Notes under the pieces: generated by a model
Told to the model about the DNA's origin: nothing
What the model saw: the letters and a program-made list of their open reading frames with translations, nothing else
Databases searched by the model: none
Program-made: the position numbers and the translations under genes
In this document: one piece after another, positions 13,021 to 25,259 of the stretch
Position numbering within the stretch: position 1 is the stretch's first letter
Layout: each line of letters begins with the position of its first letter
NCBI GenBank assembly: GCA_964016885.1
Contig: OZ024740.1
Span: forward strand, 305,598,001-305,662,000
Origin: Eledone cirrhosa
Taxonomy: Eukaryota
Reading direction: 5' to 3'
Length of the DNA: 64,000 nucleotides

Positions 13021-13055
<35 letters not shown>

Positions 13056-13060
13056 TATTA

Positions 13061-13096
<36 letters not shown>

Positions 13097-16000
13097 CCCA
13101 ATTCAATGATGTTCCAGAACAATGTAAACGAGATAATTGCCAATTTGGGTTCTGGAACAAAAAAGATCATTGGCAATAAGGGCAGGGGCCCCAAGTTATC
13201 ACAACCTGGGCCCGCCCGTCATCGTGCCATTGTAATAGAGCCAAACAGGGCATTTAGTCTTGGCTGCTGGAACGTACGGACGCTGCTTGACAGGGATTCT
13301 TTGGAGCGTCCTGAACGAAGGACCGCTCTTGTTGCGAAGGAGCTTCGACGTTACGATCTTGACATCGTGGCTTTGTCTGAGACGAGGTTAGCTGGAGATG
13401 GTCATCTTACGGAATTTTGTGGAGAATATACATTCTTCTGGAAAGGAAGAGATGAAGGAACCAGAAGAGAGGCTGGGGTAGGATTTGCTGTTAAGACTGT
13501 ACTGGTGAATAAATTGGAAGAATTCCCAGTGGGGATTAGTGAGCGTCTTATGTCCATGAGAGTTCCGCTGGACAAGGGAAGATATGCTACCCTGGTGAGT
13601 GTGTATGCTCCAACTATGAATTCTGTCGATGAAGAAAAACTGTCCTTTTACCATGCCTTGAAAGGTGTTTTAAGAAATATCCCTCAGGCAGACAAAGTCA
13701 TCGTGCTTGGTGACTTTAATGCTAGAGTGGGTAGGGATTTTAACACATGGAATGTAATCGGAAGGCATGGGGTGGGAAAGTGTAACAGCAATGGTATGCT
13801 CTTGCTGCAGATGTGTGAGGAGCTGGATCTGTGTGTTACCAACACCATGTTCCAACAAAAGAACAAATTCAAGACCACATGGATGCATCCTGCATCTAAG
13901 GAATGGCATCTTTTGGACTACGTCCTAGTCAGGATGCGTGACAGACAGGATGTGCGGTGTGTTCGTGTTCTTCGTGGAGCTGAGTGCTGGACGGACCACC
14001 GCCTGGTACGCGCAAAAGTGAATCTAATCACCAAACGTAAAATCCGGGCTCCTGGTGTTACCCTGCCCAAAAGATTGAATGCTGCTCGTCTTAAGGATAA
14101 AAATGTGAAGAGGACATTGGAAGAAGAGATGCAGGCTGCAGATCTTGGTGAGGATTGGCCGACCCTTAAAAAGTCGGTTTATGATGTAGGCAGACGTGTT
14201 CTGGGATTGGTGCAGAGAAAACATCAGGACTGGTTTAATGAGAAAGATGTGCATATAGATGACTTGTTGGCTGATAAGAGGCGCGCTCTGTCACGCTACT
14301 TGACGGCAAGACCACAGGAGAGGAATACGTTGCATGAGGAGCTCAGGGATGTAAAATCACGTGTTAGGCGGAGTCTTTCTCAGATGAAGGATCAGTGGTG
14401 GAGTGAGAAGGCTGGTGAGATACAAACTGCGTCTGATTGCAATAACACAAAGCTGTTGTACAGTCTCTTGCGTGAGGTTTATGGACCGTCTTCTTCTCTG
14501 GTGACACCGATTCGCAGCAAGGATGGCAAAGAACTTCTTCGTGACTCACAGGGAATTCTACGAAGGTGGCGGGAGCACTTTGATGATCTTTTGAATCAGC
14601 CGTCTGTCGTCAGTGAAGATTTCCTCAATCTCATTCCGGAAAGTCCTGTGAAAGTAGCTCTCGCAGAGCCTCCGACACTTGTGGAGGTTGCAGTGGCTAT
14701 TTCGAAGCTGAACAGTGGAAGATCTCCAGGTATGGATGGCATACATGCTGAGCTCCTACAATATGGTGGTGAGAGACTCCTGCAACATCTTCACTCTCTG
14801 TTTGGAGGGATATGGGCTAATGAATCCGTGCCTGAGGACTGGAGAGATGCAGTAATGGTGGTCTTGTACAAGGGAAAGGGTAACAGGAATGATTGTGGGA
14901 ACTACAGAGGTATATCATTGCTTTCTGTCGTGGGGAAAGTTTTATGTAGGGTGCTTCTGGACCGTCTGCTGACACACATTGCAGATTGTGTCCTTCCTGA
15001 AAGTCAATCTGGTTTTCGTGTTGGACGCGGCACTACTGATATGATCTTCTCAGCTAGACAGCTCCAGGAGAAGTGCATTGAACAGGGCTTGGATCTGTAT
15101 CAGGTTTTTGTCGATCTGACAAAGGCTTTCGATACTGTCAACAGAGATGCATTATGGAAGGTTCTCCAGAAACTTGGTTGCCCTGATAAGTTCCTTGCTT
15201 TAGTTAGGTCTTTCCATGACGACATGAAGGCTTGGGTTAATGTCGGAGGTAACATGTCGGAGCCTATCTCAGTAAAAAATGGAGTGAAACAGGGGGATAT
15301 TCCAGCACCGACCCTGTTTGCCATATACTTTGCAATGGTTTTCTGTATTGCATTCAGGAATTGCGAGCATGGTGTTTACATCCGATATCGAACCTCAGGC
15401 AGCATATTTAACATCAGGCGCTTTGCTGCGAAGACAAAAGTATTTACATCAGTCATAAGAGACCTCTTGTATGCAGATGATTGCGATCTTGTAGCGCACA
15501 CAGAGAGTGATATGCAGCACATTTTGAATGTATTTTCTGACGCTTGCACTGCCCTGGGTTTGACTGTCAGTCTCAAGAAAACCGTCGTCATGTACCAACC
15601 TGCACCTGGTAGGCAGTACACTGAACCAAACATCTATGTGTATGGCAAACGACTTGGAGTGGTTGATCAGTTTGTCTACCTGGGAAGCACTGTCAATCGA
15701 TACGGCAACCTTGACAGTGAAATCTCACTTAGGATTAGGAAAGCAAGTGATGCTTTCGGAAAGCTAGAAAGGCGACTCTGGGGTCGGCGAGACATATGCA
15801 GGAGGACAAAGGTAAAGGTGTACAGGGCATGTGTACTCTCTTGTCTTCTTTATGCCTGCGAGACCTGGGTCACATATCGACGCCACCTTAAGCAATTGGA
15901 GCGTTTCCATCAGATGTGTCTCAGACGGATACATGGCGTTCGCTGGAGGGACCACATCAGTGATGTCGAGATTTTGGAAAGCTCTATGTGTGACAGTATA

Positions 16001-16659
16001 GAAGCTCTTGTGCTTAAGCAGCGACTCCGTTGGAGTGGTCACCTTGCCAGGATGAAGGATTCTAGAATACCAAAACAACTCTTCTATGGAGAGTTGGTTA
16101 AAGGAAAACGACCGCCACATAAACCAAAAAAGAGGTATAAGGATTCCTTGAAGGCCTCTCTGAAAGACGCTAACATCTCTGCTGATACATGGGAAAATAT
16201 TGCTGCTGATCGTAATAAATGGAGAAAGACTGTATATGAGGGAAAAGTTGCCTTTGAGGCATCTCGAATCGCACACGAGAAAGTAAAGCGGGACGTGAGG
16301 AAGGGTATTGCTGTTGCACTTCCAGACGGCGAGGGTCCTCCTATGTTTCTGACATGCAGCGTCTGTGCGAGACTCTGCCTAAGCAAAGCTGGACTCGAAA
16401 GTCATCTTCGCAGTCATAAAGTAAGACCAGTGGTTGACTACCAGGCTGCTGTTGGAGATGCTACTCATCATGCTTGCCAAACATGTGGTAGAGAATGTAA
16501 ATCAGCAGGAGGACTCAAGCGACATGCAAAAGTACACGAACTCCAACCACAGCCGACTATTCCCAGTAAATGTTTTGGTTGCCGACTCTGTGCAAGACAT
16601 TTTGGATCATTGGCTGGGCTAAAAAGCCACATTCGATCGCAGCACTGTTAGTTGCTATC

Positions 16660-16697
<38 letters not shown>

Positions 16698-16776
16698 GCT
16701 TATGTGCGTGCGTGTGTGTGTATATATATATGAATATGTATATTATTATTGTTGTTGTCGTTATTATTATTATTGC

Positions 16777-16828
<52 letters not shown>

Positions 16829-16955
16829 TTTTTATTTATTTATTTATTTTTTTTTTTTTTTTATTGTGCAATGGCCATACTCGATAACGAAGGGGCAGCC
16901 ATCATGTATGTATGTATGTATGTATGTATGTATGTATGTATGTATGTATGTATGT
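12718..16955 (+). mobile_element. Apparently full-length RTE-clade LINE
   Basis: RTE-type 5' UTR ('tctaggagaagg'), intact ORF, 3' terminal stem 'ggccatactcgataacgaaggggcagcc' followed by an (ATGT)n tail; 5' boundary approximate. Confidence 0.9.
13106..16651 (+). CDS. RTE LINE polyprotein: APE endonuclease + reverse transcriptase + three C2H2 zinc fingers (1181 aa)
   Basis: WNVRTL, LSETR, GDFNARVG and TDHRLV (APE); NYRGISLL, FVDLTKAFD, GVKQG and YADD (RT); three CxxC...HxxxH at the C-terminus. Confidence 0.97.
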   Translation: MMFQNNVNEIIANLGSGTKKIIGNKGRGPKLSQPGPARHRAIVIEPNRAFSLGCWNVRTLLDRDSLERPERRTALVAKELRRYDLDIVALSETRLAGDGHLTEFCGEYTFFWKGRDEGTRREAGVGFAVKTVLVNKLEEFPVGISERLMSMRVPLDKGRYATLVSVYAPTMNSVDEEKLSFYHALKGVLRNIPQADKVIVLGDFNARVGRDFNTWNVIGRHGVGKCNSNGMLLLQMCEELDLCVTNTMFQQKNKFKTTWMHPASKEWHLLDYVLVRMRDRQDVRCVRVLRGAECWTDHRLVRAKVNLITKRKIRAPGVTLPKRLNAARLKDKNVKRTLEEEMQAADLGEDWPTLKKSVYDVGRRVLGLVQRKHQDWFNEKDVHIDDLLADKRRALSRYLTARPQERNTLHEELRDVKSRVRRSLSQMKDQWWSEKAGEIQTASDCNNTKLLYSLLREVYGPSSSLVTPIRSKDGKELLRDSQGILRRWREHFDDLLNQPSVVSEDFLNLIPESPVKVALAEPPTLVEVAVAISKLNSGRSPGMDGIHAELLQYGGERLLQHLHSLFGGIWANESVPEDWRDAVMVVLYKGKGNRNDCGNYRGISLLSVVGKVLCRVLLDRLLTHIADCVLPESQSGFRVGRGTTDMIFSARQLQEKCIEQGLDLYQVFVDLTKAFDTVNRDALWKVLQKLGCPDKFLALVRSFHDDMKAWVNVGGNMSEPISVKNGVKQGDIPAPTLFAIYFAMVFCIAFRNCEHGVYIRYRTSGSIFNIRRFAAKTKVFTSVIRDLLYADDCDLVAHTESDMQHILNVFSDACTALGLTVSLKKTVVMYQPAPGRQYTEPNIYVYGKRLGVVDQFVYLGSTVNRYGNLDSEISLRIRKASDAFGKLERRLWGRRDICRRTKVKVYRACVLSCLLYACETWVTYRRHLKQLERFHQMCLRRIHGVRWRDHISDVEILESSMCDSIEALVLKQRLRWSGHLARMKDSRIPKQLFYGELVKGKRPPHKPKKRYKDSLKASLKDANISADTWENIAADRNKWRKTVYEGKVAFEASRIAHEKVKRDVRKGIAVALPDGEGPPMFLTCSVCARLCLSKAGLESHLRSHKVRPVVDYQAAVGDATHHACQTCGRECKSAGGLKRHAKVHELQPQPTIPSKCFGCRLCARHFGSLAGLKSHIRSQHC

Positions 16956-16999
16956 ACGTGCGTATGCATGTATATGCAGTATGAATGTATATATGTATA

Positions 17000-17093
<94 letters not shown>

Positions 17094-17131
17094 ATATATA
17101 TATACGTATACATATATATATATATATATAC

Positions 17132-17212
<81 letters not shown>

Positions 17213-18133
17213 TATATATATGTGTGTGTGTGTGTCTGTGTGTGTGTATTTTAGCGTGTAGGTATACCTGCGTGTACAGAAATGTGAAAACTATTCTAGA
17301 AAACTCCTGTACACATACTTCCATCTATGTGTATTCACATACACATACCAATGCATACACGTACACATATATACACATCTACATGAACTCAACTACATAC
17401 ACATACGCATACACATACATACAGCTCAGCTACATACTGTTGGACACACATACATGAACCCAACTGCGTGGACTTACACATACACATACACACACATACA
17501 TACATACACCTACATAGTGTTGGACACATACATGAACCCAACTGAGTGCACATATAAATGCACATATATACGCATATACGCGTATACATATACCTACATA
17601 CTGTTGCACACAGCTTCATGAATCCAACTACATGCATATACACATGCACATACGCATATAAATATACCTACACGCTGTTGCATGAATCCAGCCACATGCA
17701 CACCTACACGTACGCATGCGCGTGGGTTTGCTCTGTAATACAATTTAGGCTATGGATACGGAAGTACTTTATAAATGTTTTCAAGTGAAAGGTGAAGCAG
17801 CACTTGAAGTGATGGTTGCAATTTAGTGAGTAGAACGTCCACCGTTTAATACACACTGGATTTTCATTAGATTCCAAGCGACTGTAAACTATATCACAAG
17901 CCAGGCATGCCATGTCTCGCTTGCACACACACACAGGCGAGCGCACACAGACACATATACGCACTCACGCACACACGCACCCTCACTCATACACATATAC
18001 ACATACTCACGCATCGCACACTCGCGTTGCACACACGCACCCGCACATCACACATACACATACACACGCATACACGCAAACATGCACAGATATACCCATT
18101 AACACACTCATACACACGCATGCACGTACGTAC

Positions 18134-18171
<38 letters not shown>

Positions 18172-18904
18172 ACGCACACATGCACACGCAGGCCTACACA
18201 CGCACCTATACACACACACGAACACACACAGACACACCATTAACACACACATACAGATGCACGCTTACACGCACCAGCACACACACATGCACACATAAAC
18301 ACACACGTACACACGCACACGTGTGTCTACACATACACCCATACACACATACGTAAACACACACATACACACACTAACACACACATACACACGCAAACGC
18401 AGGCCAACACATACACACGTATGTACACACACACACACACATACACGTATTTACTCACTTCTCTCAGTGTATGTCTACCCCCCTCTCTCTCTCCTCCTCC
18501 TCCTCCTCCTCCTCCTCCATATCTCTCTAGCACTCTCACGCTTCAATCTTATTTGGTGAGGCTTGAAGAGCGAACAGCAACCGTCAATGAAGTCAAACAA
18601 AGATGGAATGATTATCTTTACTTTTGCCTGAAGATAGCTGCCATCGTCAACAACACCACCTACTCCACTCCAGCGCAGCTTCTTCCTCTTAAATAAGTCT
18701 TCCAGCAAACGATGATAAACATATTAAAACGTTTTAGTTGGTGATTGGCATAACTGTTTTAATAACAGCAGTGACATGCTGGTGGTGTCAGTCTACGCTG
18801 TGTAAACAGCAACTTAATGACAAAATGATTTGGTCATCTCTGATCAGTAACAGTAATTTCAGAGGTGACATTAAAGTGGGAGCTCGGTAGATCATATGTC
18901 GAAT

Positions 18905-19037
<133 letters not shown>

Positions 19038-19074
19038 GCACGCACGCGCGCACGCGCGCGCACACACACACGCG

Positions 19075-19130
<56 letters not shown>

Positions 19131-20339
19131 TATAATGTATATACAGTGTATACGGTAACTGGAAGTGAGCAAACAAGATGACGTGAAGAGATCTTGTGTA
19201 AGATCTTCATTCTTATTTTCGCTGAACGCTACCGATTATTCGATTGATTCGACATAATCTTGTCTGTTTAATAAACTGGGGTACCTATCAATAAGTGAAT
19301 ATGCGAGTAATTTTCTTTGTGTCAAAAACTCTATCAAACGAAGCTATTGTCCAAATACCCTCATCTGACCGACACATCACTTCATTAACATCCCTTTAAT
19401 ATATTAATATCTGTCTAGTTTACTTAACCTCTTCTTCTTTCTTTCGAACCCTACTCTGTATTTTCGCTTGAATTCTTATTGTGACTGAATTGACTGTTTA
19501 GATTTCAATTTTCAACGAATCTAGGGGCCAGACGATCGAGTTTTATTGGTGTATTAACAAAGATGGTGCAGATTCAGGCGTGTTTGCCAATCATTTCCAT
19601 AACCTAATCACCTTAGATTGTTGTTAAATGCTGGCAAATTCATGGAATTAATCACATTTTCCGGTTAGAAAATATCGTCTTCTTTCACATTGACTCCACA
19701 CCAAGCAATAGGCTATTTTCCCCTTTGTACCGCGAAAGTATGGGAGTGTGCACAATTGTTTCGGGAAAAAATTTTCTCGTCTGAGAATAATCAAGGCGAC
19801 TAATATAATTAGCTTACCGACCAGCAAACTATCGGTCGTGACTATCTTTAATAGACCAGTTATGGCTTGTTTTGTTATCACTTACTCTCAGCAATTTCCT
19901 ACCGATTATTCATTAATTTTTCTATCATTTCCCTAATTTAAATACCTAATAGATATATTTTCCCCTAAATATTTTTTTCTCTTTACATGTTAATTATATG
20001 TTTATGCTATTTTTTGGTCTCTTTGTTACAGATATTTCTTAAACGTTCATGTAACAATCTGAAGTCAGTAAATGACCTTCTGACGACACAAACATGACCA
20101 AAAGAATAGAAGTTTTCATTAAATCTTTTTAGCAAAATTCTCGAACAGTTTTTACTAGGGAACTTTAGAATGATATTTTTTGAATGGTGAATCCCTGCTT
20201 AACTCACGATCACGGAGAGTATTAGGTTCATAGTAAAAGAGTGACTCCATTGGAAGAACTATGTTTTATAAACCAATTCTTGGCTTGAATCATAAAACTT
20301 TACAAAAGGGGACAGATAATTTTTTTAGCAGCTACGATA

Positions 20340-20897
20340 TTTCAATAAATGTCGGGCGGCAATTGCGTGACATTGCGTCATCTACTAATATAATAGCCTT
20401 GTATATTTGTTTGTAACGCAGTAGAGATGACTGAGGAAGGAAGGGGTGATGACGTCGACCGAGGAAGGAGAGGAGGCAGCGTCTAATATTCCCCACACCT
20501 GTGTGTATAGCGAATTGGCTACACACATTGGCTGTTATGATTGTGTGTGTTTGTGTGTGCGTATATAAGTGTTTCTATAAATTATATTTATATTATATAT
20601 ATACAATATTTGTGTGAGTGTATATGTGTTTGTGTGTGTTTATTTAGAAAGATACACAGGCAATAGAATTACAAGCACACACGAATCTACACATACATAT
20701 ATATAAACAGACACACTTAGAAAAAATAATTATTACATACACACACATCTATGTGATGACTGAGGAAGGAGGGGGATGAGAAACAGCGTTCTAAGATTCG
20801 TCACAGCTGTGTGTTTGTATGTTTGTATCACTTGTGCGAGTGAGCGCGAATGAACCAACCAGCCAAGAAACATCTCTTTTTTATATTATGTATAGAT
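20340..20897 (-). mobile_element. Possible non-autonomous Helitron
   Basis: Minus-strand start 'TCtatacataatataaaa' at 20897; a separate plus-strand 3' end (hairpin ccgtcattttttaacgg + ctagt) lies at 20909-20940. Confidence 0.4.
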
Positions 20898-21544
20898 ATT
20901 AAAATTAACCGTCATTTTTAACGGCACGAGGCCAGCTAGTTAGTTAATAGAAGCCGAGAAATGGTTTTAGTTCTAAATTGGAAATATTTCCAATATAATT
21001 TTAATAGAGGCGGGAAAAGCATTAAATAATAATATAGCCGCATATTGAATAATTTATAGATATTTACAGTTACTTCTTTATTGAGGAGTTGCCACCAGTA
21101 GATAGTATCAGCAATGGAAAGACCAATGGAAACATTGTTTCTTTGGTCCGATCTTACGAGTTCCACCACACTCGGTAAGCGAATGAGGTCTGGGACTTGT
21201 CGATAGATTTGATCGATCTTTATTGAGATTCTCAAAAGATGCAGAGGTATGTCTGTCTCACATGGCTTAGTATCCTTTAACACAGGGTGAAGTCGCTGGA
21301 AATGAAGTGGATAGTTCCCTTAATTGGGACTGAGTGGTTAGTTATGTGGGTAATCATTGGAAGACACCATCATCTACTTTATGTGTATACACTCCTGATA
21401 GATTTTGATTTATAAATTTAGTGCCCTTTATGTCTGAGGAGGCGAAACCTAAAGCATGAGCTATATGCCCTTATATTAGATCTAACTTTTATACCTATTT
21501 CAGTAGTTTAAGTTAACATGCTTCAGCATTCGGTATGGGAGGTA

Positions 21545-22126
21545 GGTGTAAAAGCCAAACTTGCTATCTTCAATTCGGTATTCGTGCTGACCGTTACCTA
21601 TGGTCATGGATATTGGGTAATGACCGATTGAATGCGATCGCGAATACAAGCGATAGAAATGGGGTTCCTCCGAATAGTTCTCGGAGTAACGTTACTCGAT
21701 AGGGTGCGTAGCTCGGAGATCAAAGTGTCGCTCCAGGTAGAGTCGCCACTTCTCTGAATTCAGAGATCACAGCTTCGATACAATGGGAATGTGGTGAGAA
21801 TGTTTCAGGAAAGAATTGCTGGACAGATTTTACGGGCAAAACTCATCAACAGGAAACCTGAGTGTAGACTCTGAGCAAGATGGTTGGATAACATCCATGA
21901 GCTTAACTGATCACGCTTGGGGATCCAGCCGGATCAGTTGGAAATGGTTGCTTCTACAGGATCCGCTGGAAGAAGTGTTTGAGGACTCTGCCCCCACGAC
22001 CATCTCAGGAATAAGTGGGCAAAGAAGAAGAAGAAGAAGAAGAAGATGAAGAAGAAGAAGAAGAAGAAGAAGAAGAAGAAGAAGAAGAAGAAGAAGAAGA
22101 AGAAGAAGAAGAAGATGAAGAAGAAG
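21545..22126 (+). mobile_element. 5'-truncated, decayed RTE/Expander-type LINE with (GAA)n tail
   Basis: Translates 'KAKLAIFNSVFVLTVTYGHGYWVMTD*MRSRIQAIEMGFLRIVLGVTLLDRVRSSEI...QRSQLR'; ends in (GAA)n. Confidence 0.85.
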
Positions 22127-22679
22127 TTAACAGTTCTTTAAGCTCAGGAAGTAAATGTTGAATGGATGGCAGTAGTACTTATTCTTTATAACAACAGAAA
22201 TTCAACGGAAGATTTATCTGGAAGTTCATAAAGAATCTTTCCTTCAACTACTGGAATGTACCACATTTAGAACATTTCTCATCCATCTTTCACACGTAAG
22301 TTATTTCAACTTCCATCTTTTTTTTAAAAATCGTCAACTCTCTGATGTTTGGAAATGTCTGGACAACATTGTTTAATATGTTTGAAGCAAATGTTGATCT
22401 TTTCCTCGTGAAAAACTGTTTTCTTCTGCCTCTTTCTCATCCTTTGTCCGTTTATATCTCTATTTTCCTGTTTTCTTGCAGAAATATTCTCTCACCATGT
22501 TGTATCTGTAATGTTTGCTCTCACTAGCAAGGAAGGGACTTAGCTCATTTAGTTTAATATAATTAGTATTAGTACCAAGCGTTGCTCGGGTATTAAATAG
22601 CAGTCGTGTGTATATATATATATATGTATATGTATAAGTGTATATATGCGTGTATATGTATATATATATATGTATATAA

Positions 22680-22786
<107 letters not shown>

Positions 22787-22912
22787 ATGTATATATGCAT
22801 ATGTACATATGTGTATTTATGTTTATGTATGCGTGTGTATATCTATATTATATATATACGTATTTTTATGGGTTTTTTTGGCGTATATGCATGCACGTGC
22901 GCGTGTATATGC

Positions 22913-22953
<41 letters not shown>

Positions 22954-23132
22954 TGTAGGTATATGTACGTGTGCGCGTGTTTATGCGTATCTGTGTGTAT
23001 GTGTATATGTATGTATGGTGTGCGTGTATATATGTGTATATGTATGTGTGTGTATATATGTATGTATATGAGTGTATTGTATGTATATGTGTATATAGTG
23101 TATGTATGTATATATGTGTATATATATATGTG

Positions 23133-23164
<32 letters not shown>

Positions 23165-23178
23165 TATATGTGTATATA

Positions 23179-23243
<65 letters not shown>

Positions 23244-23326
23244 ATGTGAGTATATATATGTATGTGTATGTAAATATATATATGCATGTGTATATATATA
23301 TGTAAATGTATGGGTATATATATGTG

Positions 23327-23391
<65 letters not shown>

Positions 23392-23874
23392 GTGTATATA
23401 TATGCATGTATGTGTATGCGTGCGTGTATATGTGTGTATATGTATGTATATTATATAAACTCCGGGCCAACAATCATCCGGTTATTCTAAGTAGAATATT
23501 AGTCTAATGACTCCATTTATACCATAAACGTGTTTTTTGTTTTTAGTATTAAATAGGTTTATTTACAATAGTTTATAACTTTGCCTATTAATCCGTATGA
23601 TGAGCAAATGGGGTCCCACGTGCTGGCCTCCCCCCAGCCCCGGCGCGTGAAATTCTTCTCATCGCTCAACATATTATCTTCGCTATTTCCCCGTTCATTG
23701 CCAGAGAAGATTTTCACGAACCAAAATATCGTCTTCCTGTTTTCCTTCGGTTCTAACGTTTTTCGAAATATTTACTTTTGCGTCCACAAATTGATTTAAA
23801 AAAATTTAGTTTCAGAAAATCCTGCTAAGGGTGAAAGCTACGATTCTTTGCTTAAACTTTAGTCTTTTCTTATA

Positions 23875-23907
<33 letters not shown>

Positions 23908-24223
23908 GTAAAATAAAACAAGGACGACTGGTTACTCCTTCATTACGTTTATTGGTTGGTGACGCGCGTTTTACCACTGATCAGCTCAAGGTTCGACCTG
24001 TATCGATCTAGCCCGACTCTGTAATCCGCGGCTCGTCAGAGCCCTTGTTTTACTATAATACACTTTGTCTAGCTCTACACCTCGACACAGAAGTGAACCT
24101 AAACATCGAGTGCTCACCCGGGTGAACCTACAGTAACTCCAAGTTACACTCCCTGGATATATATATATATATATATAGATGCGTGTTTGTGTTTGTGTGT
24201 GGCGGGCATTGTAACTTCCCCGG

Positions 24224-24258
<35 letters not shown>

Positions 24259-24512
24259 CACAGAGAAAAAGAGACGTAAGATTGAGGAAAGAGGAGAGGA
24301 ACAGTGTGTAAACAATAAATAAATAAAAGTTAGTCACTCTCTTTCTTTCTCAACCCCTCTCTCTCATACCCCCTCTCTCTCTCTCTGATACCCCCTCTCC
24401 CTCTTTCTCTACAGAATGGAGAACAATCAAGAACGCGCAGATCTCTCTCTGTCTCTGTCTTTATATATATATATATATAAATATATATTTATTAAAATAA
24501 CAGATTAAATAT

Positions 24513-24860
24513 ATTAGTTGACGTACCCAGCTTCGCCCGGGTAAACAGATGATAAGAGAAGACAGGTAAAAGAGAAAATGACTGTATTGGATGTTTGTCT
24601 GCTTACAGTATGAGGCGAGTCCGTGGTGTCTGTGTGATACCAAAAACAGTAAAAAAAATCTTCCAGATATATCAGATTCTTCGTTGTACCGCTTGTGCAT
24701 AGTATATGAACAATTCTAGGTGCTCCCATCTAGAATAGTGACATCTAGGAGATGGTTCATCTTCTGCCTGACTGTAAAACGTGTATCATTGCATAGACGT
24801 GGTTGTTCCACGTTTCTCAAAAGGATGATGGAAGTTCCAATCTTTTATATTATATGTAGA
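24513..24860 (-). mobile_element. Helitron termini (non-autonomous copy, or the 3' end of the large Helitron)
   Basis: Hairpin 'acccagcttcgcccgggt' near a degenerate CTAG at 24513; 'TCtacatataatataaaaga' on the minus strand at 24860. Confidence 0.5.
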
Positions 24861-25259
24861 TATAGATATAGATAATTAATATAAAAGATGTCCGTCAATG
24901 TAAAAAAGGTCCATATTTACTTGAAATGGTTTATACAAAAGCCAAATTAATATGGATATGGATAACATGCTTATCTATAAGTGGTCAGCTATAATAATAA
25001 AACAACAAATTATATGACACAAAAATTTATTCAGTAATTTCCAAGCTCTTAGCCACTGAGTAATAGACAGTCAATATTGCCCAGATTTCAACTTGGGGAG
25101 GTGGCCTGGTTTGAACTCCAAATGGCGGAACCTTCTACTTCGAAAATAAAATCGTTTTTCAATATTACTCTAGCCCTGGCCGGCCATAGGCACCAAACTT
25201 TTTGCCAGACTCAGCATATGATGAGGTTTTATTACCACCGCTATCAGAAGCGATAAATT

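Noticed and set aside
20936-21283. 115-aa ORF
   Set aside because: No recognisable motif; probably a decayed repeat.
21432-21460. ctgaggaggcgaaac hammerhead-like core
   Set aside because: No stem II or stem III pairing; may be a chance match.
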